From positions 83 to 64,082 of the forward strand of contig SLJO01000178.1 in NCBI GenBank assembly GCA_007135095.1: DNA of 64,000 bases, read 5' to 3'. A program made the translations under genes and the position numbers. Source of the stretch: Bacteroidales bacterium. Its GTDB lineage: Bacteria > Bacteroidota > Bacteroidia > Bacteroidales > PUMT01. The notes below the pieces were generated by a model. The model saw only the letters and a list, made by a program, of their open reading frames with translations, was not told the DNA's origin and did not search any database. The stretch's first letter is position 1. Every line of letters starts with the position of its first letter. Below, one piece after another: positions 27,226-36,834 of this stretch.

Positions 27226-28188
27226 ATGAAGAGAATATTAAACAGGGAAGCTAAAATTGGTATTCTCATAATTCTGACTATCGGGTTTTCTATCTGGGGT
27301 TACAGTTTTCTTAGAGGACAAAGGATTTTTACGGCCAGCGTTTATTATTATGTGATGTATGAGGATCTCGGAGGACTGGTGGAATCGGCCGATGTGATCC
27401 TTAGCGGTTACCCGATAGGTCATGTTGACAATATCAGGTTTGTTGATATAAATCATTTATCCGTCAGGCTGTCGGTTGAAAGAAGATTCAATCTGCCCCG
27501 GGGCACGGTTGCCAGGATTTCCAGTTCGGATATACTCAGCGGCAGGACAATTGAAATCCTGCCCGGTTCCTCGGCTGAAATGCATTCACCGGGTGACACC
27601 ATCAGGGGTGAAATAGAACCTGATTTACTGCAGGCCATAAGCAATCATCTGATACCCCTCACCACCAGGGCTGGCGATATGATGGCCTCAATGGATTCCA
27701 TACTGGTCATTTTACAGTCCCTGCTGGATCAGGATTTCCGTACAACTTTTACGCAGACCATTGATGATATAGGCCTTACGGTTAGCAGTCTGCAACGTTC
27801 GGTTTACAGTGCAGATACACTTCTTACTCACCAGGAAAGCCGGTTTAACAGGATCCTGGATAATCTGGAGTCGATATCGGGTAATGTTGCCGGCAGTAAT
27901 GAGGATATTAACACTATACTAAACAATTTTGCTTCCATTTCCGATTCACTGGCCCAGGCAGAACTTATATATACCGTAAACCGCCTCAATGATATACTTT
28001 CAGAAACAGCACAGGTGATGGCGAGAATTGAAAAGGGCGAAGGCTCTCTCGGAAAGCTGGTGTCAGATGAACAATTATACAATAACCTGGAGAGTGCGAC
28101 TGAAAACCTTGATCTTCTTCTGATCGACCTGAAGGAACGTCCGGGACGTTATTTGAATTTTTCCATTTTTGGCAGAAGACGCGATTGA
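27226..28188 (+). CDS. MlaD/MCE-domain protein
   Basis: N-terminal TM segment, then an MCE domain (LGGLVESADVILSGYPIGHVDNIRF), then a long helical C-terminal region. Confidence 0.85.
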   Translation: MKRILNREAKIGILIILTIGFSIWGYSFLRGQRIFTASVYYYVMYEDLGGLVESADVILSGYPIGHVDNIRFVDINHLSVRLSVERRFNLPRGTVARISSSDILSGRTIEILPGSSAEMHSPGDTIRGEIEPDLLQAISNHLIPLTTRAGDMMASMDSILVILQSLLDQDFRTTFTQTIDDIGLTVSSLQRSVYSADTLLTHQESRFNRILDNLESISGNVAGSNEDINTILNNFASISDSLAQAELIYTVNRLNDILSETAQVMARIEKGEGSLGKLVSDEQLYNNLESATENLDLLLIDLKERPGRYLNFSIFGRRRD

Positions 28189-28528
28189 AGCAGGCCGGAC
28201 CTTCATTTTGACCAAACCTTTCTTTTAAGTGATAAAAAAAATTAACTTTTTTTCACATCATAGAACTAACATTAGTTAAGCTTCCTTAAAGGTTTAGTTA
28301 GCAATTTATTAGATTGGCTTTTCTTTATTAGGCTGAAATTCAATGATTAGTCTTTATTTTTCATTTTTTTACTTTCATAAAATCTTGTTAATAAAACCAT
28401 TGATTTAATTTTCATAATGTCAATACCCTTAACGATTTTTTTTTAATGTTTTTTTAAACAAAATTGCTAACTGCATTTGAGAGCGGTAAAACTGCACAAA
28501 CGATTCATATAAAGGATTTAATATTATT

Positions 28529-29959
28529 ATGGATAACCATCATGATTTAGTTTGGGAAAACTGTTTGAAAGTGATCAGGGATAATGTACCCTCGATTAGT
28601 TTCAGAACATGGTTCGAACCTATCATCCCGCTCAAGGTTAATCGTAATATCTTAACCATTCAGGTACCCAGTCCGTTTTTTTATGAATATCTCGAGGAGC
28701 AATATATCGATATATTAAGCAAGACACTGCGTAAGGAACTGGGTACTGAGGCCAAGCTTGAATATAATGTTGTAATGGAGAACAACGGGTTTTCCGGCAT
28801 TAAGCCATACACTGTAAATTTTCCGGGAAAATCCAAGTCAGAGCCAAGGAACAAACCCGTTCAGCTGCCTTCAGACAGCGGCGGGAATACCATCAAGAAC
28901 CCTTTTGTCATCCCCGGCATCAAAAAACTGCATATTGATCCTCAGCTTTGCCCGGACAAGACTTTCAGCAACTTTGTGGAGGGCGATTGTAACCGGCTTG
29001 CCCGCTCGGCCGGACTGGCAGTGGCAGATAAACCCGGAGGAACTGCATTTAACCCCTTGTTTTTATACAGCGACAGCGGACTCGGAAAAACTCATCTTGC
29101 CCAGGCCATCGGCATAGAGGTTAAGGATAAGTATCCTGAAAAAACCGTGTTATATGTCGATGCCAACAAATTTTCAAACCAGTTCGTGGAATCGATAAGG
29201 AATAACAACCGTAATGACTTCCTGCATTTCTACCAGATGATTGATGTGCTTATCATAGATGATGTACATGATTTTGCCGGAAAGGAAAAGACTCAGGATA
29301 TATTTTTCCATATTTTCAATCATCTGCACCAGACAGGCAAACAGCTGATCCTCACATCCGATAAACCTCCGGTTGAGTTGCAGGGAATGGAGCAGAGACT
29401 GCTCTCCAGGTTTAAATGGGGATTATCGGCCGATATGCAGACACCTGATTTTGATACAAGGATTTCCATTCTCAAACAGAAGGTCTATAACGACGGCATT
29501 GAAATTCCTGAAGATGTTCTTGAAACACTTGCCACTCATATTACAACCAACGTCAGGGAACTGGAAGGGGCGCTTATCAATCTGCTTGCGCAATCAACCC
29601 TGAACCGCAGGGAAATAACCAATGATCTTGCCAGGCAGGTGATTGACAGGCTGGTAAAAAACAGTAAAAGGGAAATATCAATTAGCAATATTCAAAAGGT
29701 TGTTTGCGATTATTTCAATATTCAGCTTGACCAGCTCCAGGTAAAGACAAGGAAGCGGGAAATAGTGCAGGCCCGGCAGGTTGCAATGTTCTTTTCAAAA
29801 AGCATGACCAAGGCATCGCTTGCCACTATCGGATCACAGATAGGGGGTAAGGACCACGCCACTGTTCTCCATGCCTGCAAGACAGTCAACAACCTTATTG
29901 AAACAGACAAGCGCTTTATGCAAAGTATACGGGAAATAGAAAAGAAACTCAAGGTCTGA
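28529..29959 (+). CDS. dnaA: Chromosomal replication initiator protein DnaA
   Basis: Walker A GDSGLGKTHL, LIIDDVHDF, the sensor region NVRELEGAL, and the C-terminal DNA-binding signature GGKDHATVLHA. Confidence 0.97.
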   Translation: MDNHHDLVWENCLKVIRDNVPSISFRTWFEPIIPLKVNRNILTIQVPSPFFYEYLEEQYIDILSKTLRKELGTEAKLEYNVVMENNGFSGIKPYTVNFPGKSKSEPRNKPVQLPSDSGGNTIKNPFVIPGIKKLHIDPQLCPDKTFSNFVEGDCNRLARSAGLAVADKPGGTAFNPLFLYSDSGLGKTHLAQAIGIEVKDKYPEKTVLYVDANKFSNQFVESIRNNNRNDFLHFYQMIDVLIIDDVHDFAGKEKTQDIFFHIFNHLHQTGKQLILTSDKPPVELQGMEQRLLSRFKWGLSADMQTPDFDTRISILKQKVYNDGIEIPEDVLETLATHITTNVRELEGALINLLAQSTLNRREITNDLARQVIDRLVKNSKREISISNIQKVVCDYFNIQLDQLQVKTRKREIVQARQVAMFFSKSMTKASLATIGSQIGGKDHATVLHACKTVNNLIETDKRFMQSIREIEKKLKV

Positions 29960-30094
29960 CCGTTTCCGATCCTGCCGTGCAGCCTCCCCTTTTTATTGTC
30001 ACGGTACAACTGACATGCCGCCGGCGAATTCCTTGAAAACTATCAGATTTATATTTATTATAATTCAACTCACCAGAAATATCAAACCGGGCAG

Positions 30095-31327
30095 CTATGA
30101 GGTGCCCGGTATTAACAGGGAACTGTCGCCATAACTAAGGAACCGGAAATCGTTTTCAAGGGCATAACGGTAAACCATACGCCAGTCTTCCCCGATAAAC
30201 GCTGCAATAAGCAACAGCAGGGTGCTTCTTGGTTGATGGAAATTTGTTATCAGCCTGTTCACCATCTTAAAATTATAACCGGGTATTATCATTAGCTGGG
30301 TCTTTGCAACCAGCTGTTGTTTGTTTTCACCTGCAAGTTGGCTCAACAGGGCCTCAAGCGCCTGGCCGGCAGAGACATCGCCGGGAAGCCCGCCTGCCTC
30401 CCATTGTGAAAGTGTGTATTGTGATATCCGGTTTTCATGGCGGTACTTTTGTTTCACCCCCAGCCAGTAAAGCGTTTCCAGGGTGCGGGCTGTTGTAGTG
30501 CCAACGGCCGTTATATTCTGGTGATTGTTTATTAATTTTTCCAGGGTTTCGGTGTCCACCGAAAAATGCTCGGTATGCATCTGATGCTTATCGATGGTCT
30601 GGGATTTTACGGGAAGAAAGGTTCCTGCACCTACATGCAGGGTGACCTCCCCGGCCGGAACACCCTTTTCCTTCAGCCCGGCTAATAATTCCCTTGTGAA
30701 ATGCAGTCCGGCGGTGGGTGCTGCCACCGACCCTTCAAAACGTGAATAAACTGTCTGGTACCTGTCTTTATCGACCTGTTCGGGAGCCCGGTCAAGGTAA
30801 GGAGGGATGGGCGTTAATCCCGCACTTTCAATTATGCGGCCAAACATTAATTCCCCGGGTTCCCAGGAAAACTTAATTTCCTGCCATAGCCCCCGGTCAT
30901 TTACGAGCTCTGCGAAAAGCCTCACTTTAATATTCCCGACAAACACCTCTTTTTCCAGTTGCCCGGTTTTCCACTTTCTTTTGTTGCCCGTCATGCATTT
31001 CCAGTGACAGTATGTAACCGATGAAAAGGACAGGCTGTATTCAGGGGGATAAACCGGCTCAAGAAGGAATATTTCTATTTTCGATCCCGTGGGTTTCTGC
31101 ATAATGATCCTTGCCTGCACGACCCTGGTGTTATTAAAGACCATCAGATCGCCTTTCCGGACATATTCAGGCAGGTTTTGAAAATTTGTGTGGCTTATTT
31201 CTCCTTTATTGTAGATAAGGAGCTTTGAACCGGCAGGATCTTCCAGGGGGAACCTGGCGATTTTTTGCCGGGGAAGGATGTAATCGTAATTATCAATTCG
31301 AACTGACCGGGGGGACAAATCGGGCAT
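30095..31327 (-). CDS. queA: S-adenosylmethionine:tRNA ribosyltransferase-isomerase
   Basis: YDYILPRQKIARFP, VFNNTRVVQARI, PIPPYL, AAPTAGLHFT and NFHQPRSTLLLL motifs. At 410 aa it is somewhat longer than typical QueA. Confidence 0.92.
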   Translation of the reverse strand: MPDLSPRSVRIDNYDYILPRQKIARFPLEDPAGSKLLIYNKGEISHTNFQNLPEYVRKGDLMVFNNTRVVQARIIMQKPTGSKIEIFLLEPVYPPEYSLSFSSVTYCHWKCMTGNKRKWKTGQLEKEVFVGNIKVRLFAELVNDRGLWQEIKFSWEPGELMFGRIIESAGLTPIPPYLDRAPEQVDKDRYQTVYSRFEGSVAAPTAGLHFTRELLAGLKEKGVPAGEVTLHVGAGTFLPVKSQTIDKHQMHTEHFSVDTETLEKLINNHQNITAVGTTTARTLETLYWLGVKQKYRHENRISQYTLSQWEAGGLPGDVSAGQALEALLSQLAGENKQQLVAKTQLMIIPGYNFKMVNRLITNFHQPRSTLLLLIAAFIGEDWRMVYRYALENDFRFLSYGDSSLLIPGTS

Positions 31328-31398
31328 TTACTATTAATCTTTGGGTTGCTGCAAAATTAATTAATTTTACACTACTAATTAACTAAAGCAGATTATAT

Positions 31399-32529
31399 AT
31401 GCATTTGAGAAAAGGAGACCGGGTTAAGTTCCTTAATGATACCGGGGGAGGGATAATAACGGAAATCACTGACAGCAAAATGGCCAGGGTAATGACAGCC
31501 GATGGCTTCGAGATGCCGGTTCCCGTAGCTGAACTGATCCTGGTGGAAAAACTCTCAGGCTCCGGTTCGCAACAGGCTCAGGATTCCCGGTACCCTGGCT
31601 CTGGTGAAGAACACGGTTCAGTGTCGCAGGTCAGTCACTATGATGATACCCGGCAGGAGGATCAACAGGCCACAGATGCAGGGCTGTCTGATCATGCATA
31701 CCGGGACCCCGGGGAAACGGGCAGTTCCGGTTCAGCCGGCGACGATGAAGGGATCAGCCGGGGGATACCTGAAAGGAACCTGCTTTTTGCCCTGGTTGAA
31801 ACAGAAGGGCCCGGCAAGCTGGATGCCTGGCTGATCAATGACAGCAGTTTTACTGTACTATACAATATTCTGATTAAACAGGATGAACTCTACAGCACCC
31901 TGAAAGCGGGAATCATTGATGCCGACACAAAGATATTCCTCAGCAGCTTCAGCAGGGAACGCATCAATGCATTTGTGTTGTTTCGTGTGCAGGCGATTTT
32001 TTTCAGAAAAGGATTTTACAATCCACTGCCTCCTTCGCAAAAAGAGTTTTCAATTGATCCCGTGGAACTTTTCGGGACAGGGTACATTGGCGGTAATGAT
32101 TTTTTTGAGGAGGATGCCGCCATAATACCGGTAATGTCTGATTCCCGTGAACGGGAAGTAAAAAAGATTTCACAGCAGGAAATTACCCGTATTATTTCCA
32201 GTGAAAAACCCCGGGACAAAAAAAAGGATAAAAGTGCTGATCCTTCAACTGAAGAGGTGGACCTGCATATAGAAGAGCTTGTAGATGACCATTCGGGCTT
32301 ATCCGGAAGGGAGGTTCTGGATATACAGATGTCACGTTTCACAACTGCCCTTGAGGGCGCCATAAAGGGCAGGACGAAGCGCATTGTTTTTATCCATGGC
32401 ATAGGTAACGGAAAGTTGAAATATGAGATCCGCAGGACACTTGATAAAAAATACCCCCGCCTGAAATACCAGGATGCCTCGTTCCAGGAATATGGCTATG
32501 GAGCAACAATGGTTATAATAAGGAAATAA
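31399..32529 (+). CDS. Smr-domain protein (DUF2027-type N-terminus plus C-terminal Smr/MutS2-like nuclease domain)
   Basis: C-terminal DLHIEEL...RIVFIHGIGNGKLKYEIRRTL is an Smr domain. The N-terminus has a KOW/SH3-like RKGDRVKFLNDTGGGIITEI. The central region is low-complexity and acidic. Confidence 0.85.
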   Translation: MHLRKGDRVKFLNDTGGGIITEITDSKMARVMTADGFEMPVPVAELILVEKLSGSGSQQAQDSRYPGSGEEHGSVSQVSHYDDTRQEDQQATDAGLSDHAYRDPGETGSSGSAGDDEGISRGIPERNLLFALVETEGPGKLDAWLINDSSFTVLYNILIKQDELYSTLKAGIIDADTKIFLSSFSRERINAFVLFRVQAIFFRKGFYNPLPPSQKEFSIDPVELFGTGYIGGNDFFEEDAAIIPVMSDSREREVKKISQQEITRIISSEKPRDKKKDKSADPSTEEVDLHIEELVDDHSGLSGREVLDIQMSRFTTALEGAIKGRTKRIVFIHGIGNGKLKYEIRRTLDKKYPRLKYQDASFQEYGYGATMVIIRK

Positions 32530-32704
32530 TGCTCATTTTCACCCCGGGATGCACTTATCATGATGTCAGGCGTGCTCCTTTTGAAACCACCGCATGCTGA
32601 GTCTTACAAGCAAATTGCTCCATGGCATATAATTTGTTATCATAAACCGGAGGTTATTAATATTTATACCGGTTATTTCAACGGTTTTATGTAATTTTAA
32701 AAAT

Positions 32705-33095
32705 CAGCAGGCCGTTCCATCGCTTCCCGTTTTGAACGGGGGGAGGAAAGTCCGGGCAACACAGGGCATCATGCTTCCTAACAGGAAGATATCCGCGAGG
32801 ATATGGTAAATGGAGCAGAAAATAACCGCCCCGCTTGCCGGGGTAAGGGTGAAAAGGTGAGGTAAGAGCTCACCGGTCCGCCTGGTGACAGGCGGAGCCG
32901 TGCATCCCATGAGTTGTAAGGCCATGTATATTCCGGGTTTTCTGTTTATTCAGAAAGCAGGGTTGCCCGCCCTGATTTCCTGCCTGGCAGGAAGACCGGA
33001 AGGGGTAGGCCGCTAGAGGCAATTGGCAACAATTGTCCCAGATAAATGATGGAAATCCCTTTGGGGATACAGAACCCGGCTTACAGGCCTGCTGT
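32705..33095 (+). ncRNA. rnpB: RNase P RNA, bacterial type A
   Basis: Universally conserved P4 halves GAGGAAAGTCCGGGC (32743-32757) and ACAGAACCCGGCTTA (33070-33084). The P1 pairing is cagcaggcc / ggcctgctg. A T8 tract follows immediately. Confidence 0.93.
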
Positions 33096-33158
33096 TTTTT
33101 TTACCTTCAGATGCATATTCACCCCCGGCAGCTGGAAGAAACCTATAATACGCCACCA

Positions 33159-34088
33159 ATGAAGAATCCCGGCATTTTAACCATGATAAGAGCGCCTTTT
33201 CTCAGCTCGATCATTGCGCCCGTATTTGCAGGCACCCTGGTGGCTTTCAGTATTACCGGGTATCTTAATATCGCCGGGTTTTTGCTGGTAACCATTATCG
33301 GTATCGGGCTGCATGCAGCCACCAATGTCTATAATGATATATATGACACGCTTCAGGGAACCGATAAAGTAAATGTTCACCGTAATGAATCCAGCGGCGG
33401 TTCAGGTGTATTGCTCGATAATCCTGGTTTGACGGGGCAGATGTTTTTCCTTGCCCGCGCCGGCCTGGTCATTGCTTTTGCGGGTACGGCGATTCTGACT
33501 TTTTTTATTGATCCTGGTCTCCGGCCATATCTCTGGACTCTGTTCCTGCTATCGGCATTTTTCAGCAAATATTATACAGCCCCGCCCTTTAAGCTTGCCT
33601 ACAGGGGGCTTGGTGAGGTGTCCGTCTGGTTTGCATTTGGTCCGATGGCTGTTTTAATTGCCGCCATTGGTCAGGGCATCAGTTTTCATCCACAGGTATT
33701 AATGCTTATGCCTGCAACAGGGCTCAGCACCTCGTCAATTTTACTGGTGGGACAGATGATCGATCTTGAAGCAGACCGTGCCGGGGGCAAACACGGTGTT
33801 GCATCCAGGAAAGGCCCGCGGTTCGCATCCCTGATGTACCTGGCAGTGCAGGCCGCCATAATAATCAACGTTCTTTTCATTGCCCTGGTCTATCCAGGAA
33901 TCAGCTGGGTTTTCCTCCTGATCCTGATACCCTATATCCTGATATTTCCAGGAGCGGCAGCCATCGTAACCAGGCACCACGATCAGCCCGGGGAGTTGAA
34001 AAAGGGGGCAAAGCTTACCGTGCTTATCCATCTTGCCTTTTCCTTTCTGTTGCTTGCCACACTTGTAGTTTATATTTTAATAAACTAA
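33159..34088 (+). CDS. UbiA-superfamily prenyltransferase, MenA-like
   Basis: First Asp-rich motif NVYNDIYDTLQGTD and second motif DLEADRAGGKHGVASRKG, with 8-9 TM segments. The start was moved to the ATG at 33159 because the ORF-track start (33033) lies inside rnpB. 33111 and 33183 are alternatives. Confidence 0.8.
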   Translation: MKNPGILTMIRAPFLSSIIAPVFAGTLVAFSITGYLNIAGFLLVTIIGIGLHAATNVYNDIYDTLQGTDKVNVHRNESSGGSGVLLDNPGLTGQMFFLARAGLVIAFAGTAILTFFIDPGLRPYLWTLFLLSAFFSKYYTAPPFKLAYRGLGEVSVWFAFGPMAVLIAAIGQGISFHPQVLMLMPATGLSTSSILLVGQMIDLEADRAGGKHGVASRKGPRFASLMYLAVQAAIIINVLFIALVYPGISWVFLLILIPYILIFPGAAAIVTRHHDQPGELKKGAKLTVLIHLAFSFLLLATLVVYILIN

Positions 34089-34102
34089 AGAGCCACACAA
34101 TT

Positions 34103-35419
34103 TTAACCCATCCGGGAGAGGAATACAAAAAATAAAGGCCCTGTGGCCGAACCCGCAATATTTACCAGATCATTGGGTGAGAGTCCTTCGCCATCCTTGT
34201 TTAAAAAGCGCCATTTCATTAATTCTTTTTCTGCAAAGGCTCCTAAAAGGGTGTCGGCAAAGCATGCAAGGAAGCCGGAGACTGATAAGATGGCAATTGT
34301 CAATATATGTATTTCCCCGAAAAACAGGTAATATGAAATTACCGATACACAAACTGAAGCAACCATAGCAGCCATGGTCCCTCCCGGAGAGATGCCTCCG
34401 GTTACCCCTGCAGGATGCATTTTAAAATCAGAAACAGAAAAGCTTTTCCTGTTTATCAGCGGCCCGAGTTCGCTTGCCCAGGTATCTGCCGTAACGGCGG
34501 CTATAAGAGCTATGAAAAAGAAAATGAAAATTTCATTATGACTGATCAAAAACAAAACCGAGCATAGCAGGGCCCAGATTATATTTGCCATCACCTGCCA
34601 GGCATTGCGCCTGTATGATGATCTGGCTGCTATTGAAAGGCTGGCATGCAGTTTTGTGAATAAAACGGAAGAAATAAAAAAGAATAAAACCGGAAAAACC
34701 CAAATGAAGTCCGTTACACCAGCAAAATATACCGCCAGCAGGTAAGCCGTCAGGCTTCCGCCCCGGGTGAGGATGTTCAGCCTGAAGAGCAGGATGCATC
34801 CGGCAGCCGGTATAAGAATGACCGCAATCAGCCAGTATGGATTCAGGGCCTGCCCTTGCGAAAACAGGAAAAAAAGTGATAACCCAAAGGGAATTGTCAG
34901 GTTATCGGATCCTTTAAAGGAGATGACCTCCAGTGTTACAGATACAACGGTTGCAAGAAGGATAAAGGAAAAGTTTGCCCCAATAAAAGGGGCCAGATAC
35001 AAATGCAGGATCATCAGGCAGGTAATGAAAAAGGCAAGAATGCCAAACAGGCTTTTCCTGTCGTAAGAAATCCGGAAACTCACATTGAAAGGTTTAATCT
35101 GCCCCGCCAGCCAGGCAATAACATCAGAAATGGTGAGCACCAGGATCACTGTCCTGAAATAATAACCAGGCTGGTTATACAATACCAGGAATGAGGATAT
35201 CACCCCGAGGGGGTAAAAAAGAGTTCCCAGGCTTGAATATGATGTTTTGTGAAGGGCATAAAATTCCCTGTAATTAAACGTAATAAAGGAAAAAGAGGCC
35301 CCTGCAATAAATAATAACAGCAGCATTTCCCTGCCCACGATGCAGGAAAGTGCAAAAATCAGGCACCCGGTACCAAAATGGACTGATTTTCTTGTCAGGA
35401 GGCTGTTATTGTTTTCCAT
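34103..35419 (-). CDS. Fusion membrane protein: CTP-dependent polyprenol-kinase-like domain (VTE5/dolichol kinase/CdsA superfamily) plus DUF92 (VTE6/TMEM19-like) domain
   Basis: The N-terminal half has TRKSVHFGTG, ISDVIAWLAGQ and DRKSLFGILAFF (RKxxHxxxG / DxxAxxxG / KSxxG pattern). The C-terminal half has the DUF92 hallmarks AVTADTWASELG, GVTGGISPGGT and FADTLLGA. Confidence 0.7.
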   Translation of the reverse strand: MENNNSLLTRKSVHFGTGCLIFALSCIVGREMLLLLFIAGASFSFITFNYREFYALHKTSYSSLGTLFYPLGVISSFLVLYNQPGYYFRTVILVLTISDVIAWLAGQIKPFNVSFRISYDRKSLFGILAFFITCLMILHLYLAPFIGANFSFILLATVVSVTLEVISFKGSDNLTIPFGLSLFFLFSQGQALNPYWLIAVILIPAAGCILLFRLNILTRGGSLTAYLLAVYFAGVTDFIWVFPVLFFFISSVLFTKLHASLSIAARSSYRRNAWQVMANIIWALLCSVLFLISHNEIFIFFFIALIAAVTADTWASELGPLINRKSFSVSDFKMHPAGVTGGISPGGTMAAMVASVCVSVISYYLFFGEIHILTIAILSVSGFLACFADTLLGAFAEKELMKWRFLNKDGEGLSPNDLVNIAGSATGPLFFVFLSRMG

Positions 35420-35474
35420 GATGTATAAACACCCTTGATTATAAAAGACAATGGGCTGATTTTTTTACGGTAAT

Positions 35475-36431
35475 TTAAACACGAAATTTTTCAGCCGCCG
35501 GCACGGAAAACGGAATATTAATCCTTGAGAGGATATATGCCAGGATCAGGCCGCTCACCATCTGCCATATGCCCCACCAGGCGGCCATAAATGCCATTCC
35601 TCCGTTGGCATTGAATATATTGAAAATCAGTATCAGTGCGAGTCCGCTGTTCTGTATTCCGGTTTCAATACTGAGCGTTCGTTTGTCGGCCTTTGATACG
35701 CCTGCTATCGCACCAGTAAGATAACCCGTTGAAAGGGTCTGGAGATTAAGCAGTAAAACCAGCAACCCTATAGGGAATATAACTCCTGTGAAGTGCTCGA
35801 GGTTCGCCCCGAGAGCCCCTGCAATAAATGTGAGGTAAAGAACCAGTGAAGTTATCTTGATACGCTTCATGTTCCTTTCGGCAAACCTCGGAAATTTATG
35901 TGCAAACCACATTCCCGCGATAAGCGGTATTCCAAGGAGAATAAAAACCGTCCTGGCCATTTCCAGAAAGTCGATGTGAATTGGTATATTAAGATGACCT
36001 GCCTTCTGGTAATAACGGACATACATGCCTCCCCAGAAGGCAAAGTTGAGCGGGGTGAAGAACGTTGCAGTGAGGGTTGCAAATGCCGTCAGGCCAACCG
36101 AGAGTGCAATGTTTGCTTTTGCCAGTGCTGAAATAAAATTGGAAACATTTCCGCCAGGGCAGGCGGCAATAAGTATCATGCCCATGGCAATGGAAGGAGG
36201 GGGATTCAGCATCACCACCAGGATGAATGTAAGTGAGGGCAGAAAAAGGAATTGCGAAATAATTCCCAGTATGGCGGACTTAGGATTAACCAGGATCCTT
36301 TTGAAATTTTCCAGTTTGATTTCCATCGCAACCCCGAACATAATGCAGGCCAGGGTTATATTCATGTATAAAAGGCCTCCCTCACTGAAGTTAAGCCTGA
36401 TATCATCAATGGCAGCAAGAGCTTCATACAT
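35475..36431 (-). CDS. Bile acid:sodium symporter (BASS/SBF) family transporter
   Basis: 318 aa, about 9-10 TM segments. ACPGGNVSNF and IETGIQNSGLA are the two signature half-site motifs. Confidence 0.85.
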   Translation of the reverse strand: MYEALAAIDDIRLNFSEGGLLYMNITLACIMFGVAMEIKLENFKRILVNPKSAILGIISQFLFLPSLTFILVVMLNPPPSIAMGMILIAACPGGNVSNFISALAKANIALSVGLTAFATLTATFFTPLNFAFWGGMYVRYYQKAGHLNIPIHIDFLEMARTVFILLGIPLIAGMWFAHKFPRFAERNMKRIKITSLVLYLTFIAGALGANLEHFTGVIFPIGLLVLLLNLQTLSTGYLTGAIAGVSKADKRTLSIETGIQNSGLALILIFNIFNANGGMAFMAAWWGIWQMVSGLILAYILSRINIPFSVPAAEKFRV

Positions 36432-36687
36432 GATTTACGTTTTTGTTTGAAGGCCTAAATATAAACAGATTTTTACATACAATATTCCGGGGATACAGGC
36501 AAAAAAAGACTTTTGTATGATAATTTGTCATTATTATGGAAAAACCGATATTTATCCGGTAAAGAAAAAGAAATCAAAATTTCATTTCAGAAAATACAAA
36601 ATTTCGACTTGCAGAAAGAACCGCTTTGATTTAACATAAAAATTTTGTCATCCGGCTGTATGAAAACCGGCTGAAAAAATTTTCATA

Positions 36688-36695
36688 TATATTTG
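36688..36695 (+). promoter_or_regulatory. Candidate -7 promoter box (TATATTTG) upstream of the moxR/bat operon
   Basis: Matches TAnnTTTG, 140 nt upstream of the moxR ATG. No well-spaced -33 element. Confidence 0.25.
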
Positions 36696-36834
36696 CATCG
36701 TAACCGGCAAATTTTATGCAGGCGGTTTGTTCGACCGGAACTCTTGAAAATAAATAACCCGCTTAACATTTTTTAACCTGATGATCCAATAATAATGATA
36801 TTTTTGGACCCGTTAAGTGAAAAACCAATAATCC

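Noticed and set aside
28526-28534. TATGGATAA, a one-mismatch reverse DnaA box (TGTGGATAA) at the dnaA start.
   Set aside because: It is formed by the start codon plus the Asp-Asn codons (ATG GAT AAC). A single degenerate box is not evidence for oriC.
28611-28620. ggttcgaacc, a tRNA T-arm-like sequence. A similar gtttcgaatcc occurs near 15311.
   Set aside because: Both lie inside well-supported coding sequences (dnaA, SSS transporter), with no flanking acceptor or anticodon stems.
32704-32925. 73-aa minus-strand ORF.
   Set aside because: It is entirely antisense to rnpB, whose conserved P4 elements explain the region.
33033-33158. The ORF-track start of the prenyltransferase ORF at 33033 adds 42 N-terminal codons.
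   Set aside because: The extension lies inside the 3' end of the RNase P RNA (the conserved ACAGAACCCGGCTTA and P1 stem) and its T8 tail. The ATG at 33159 directly precedes the first TM segment.
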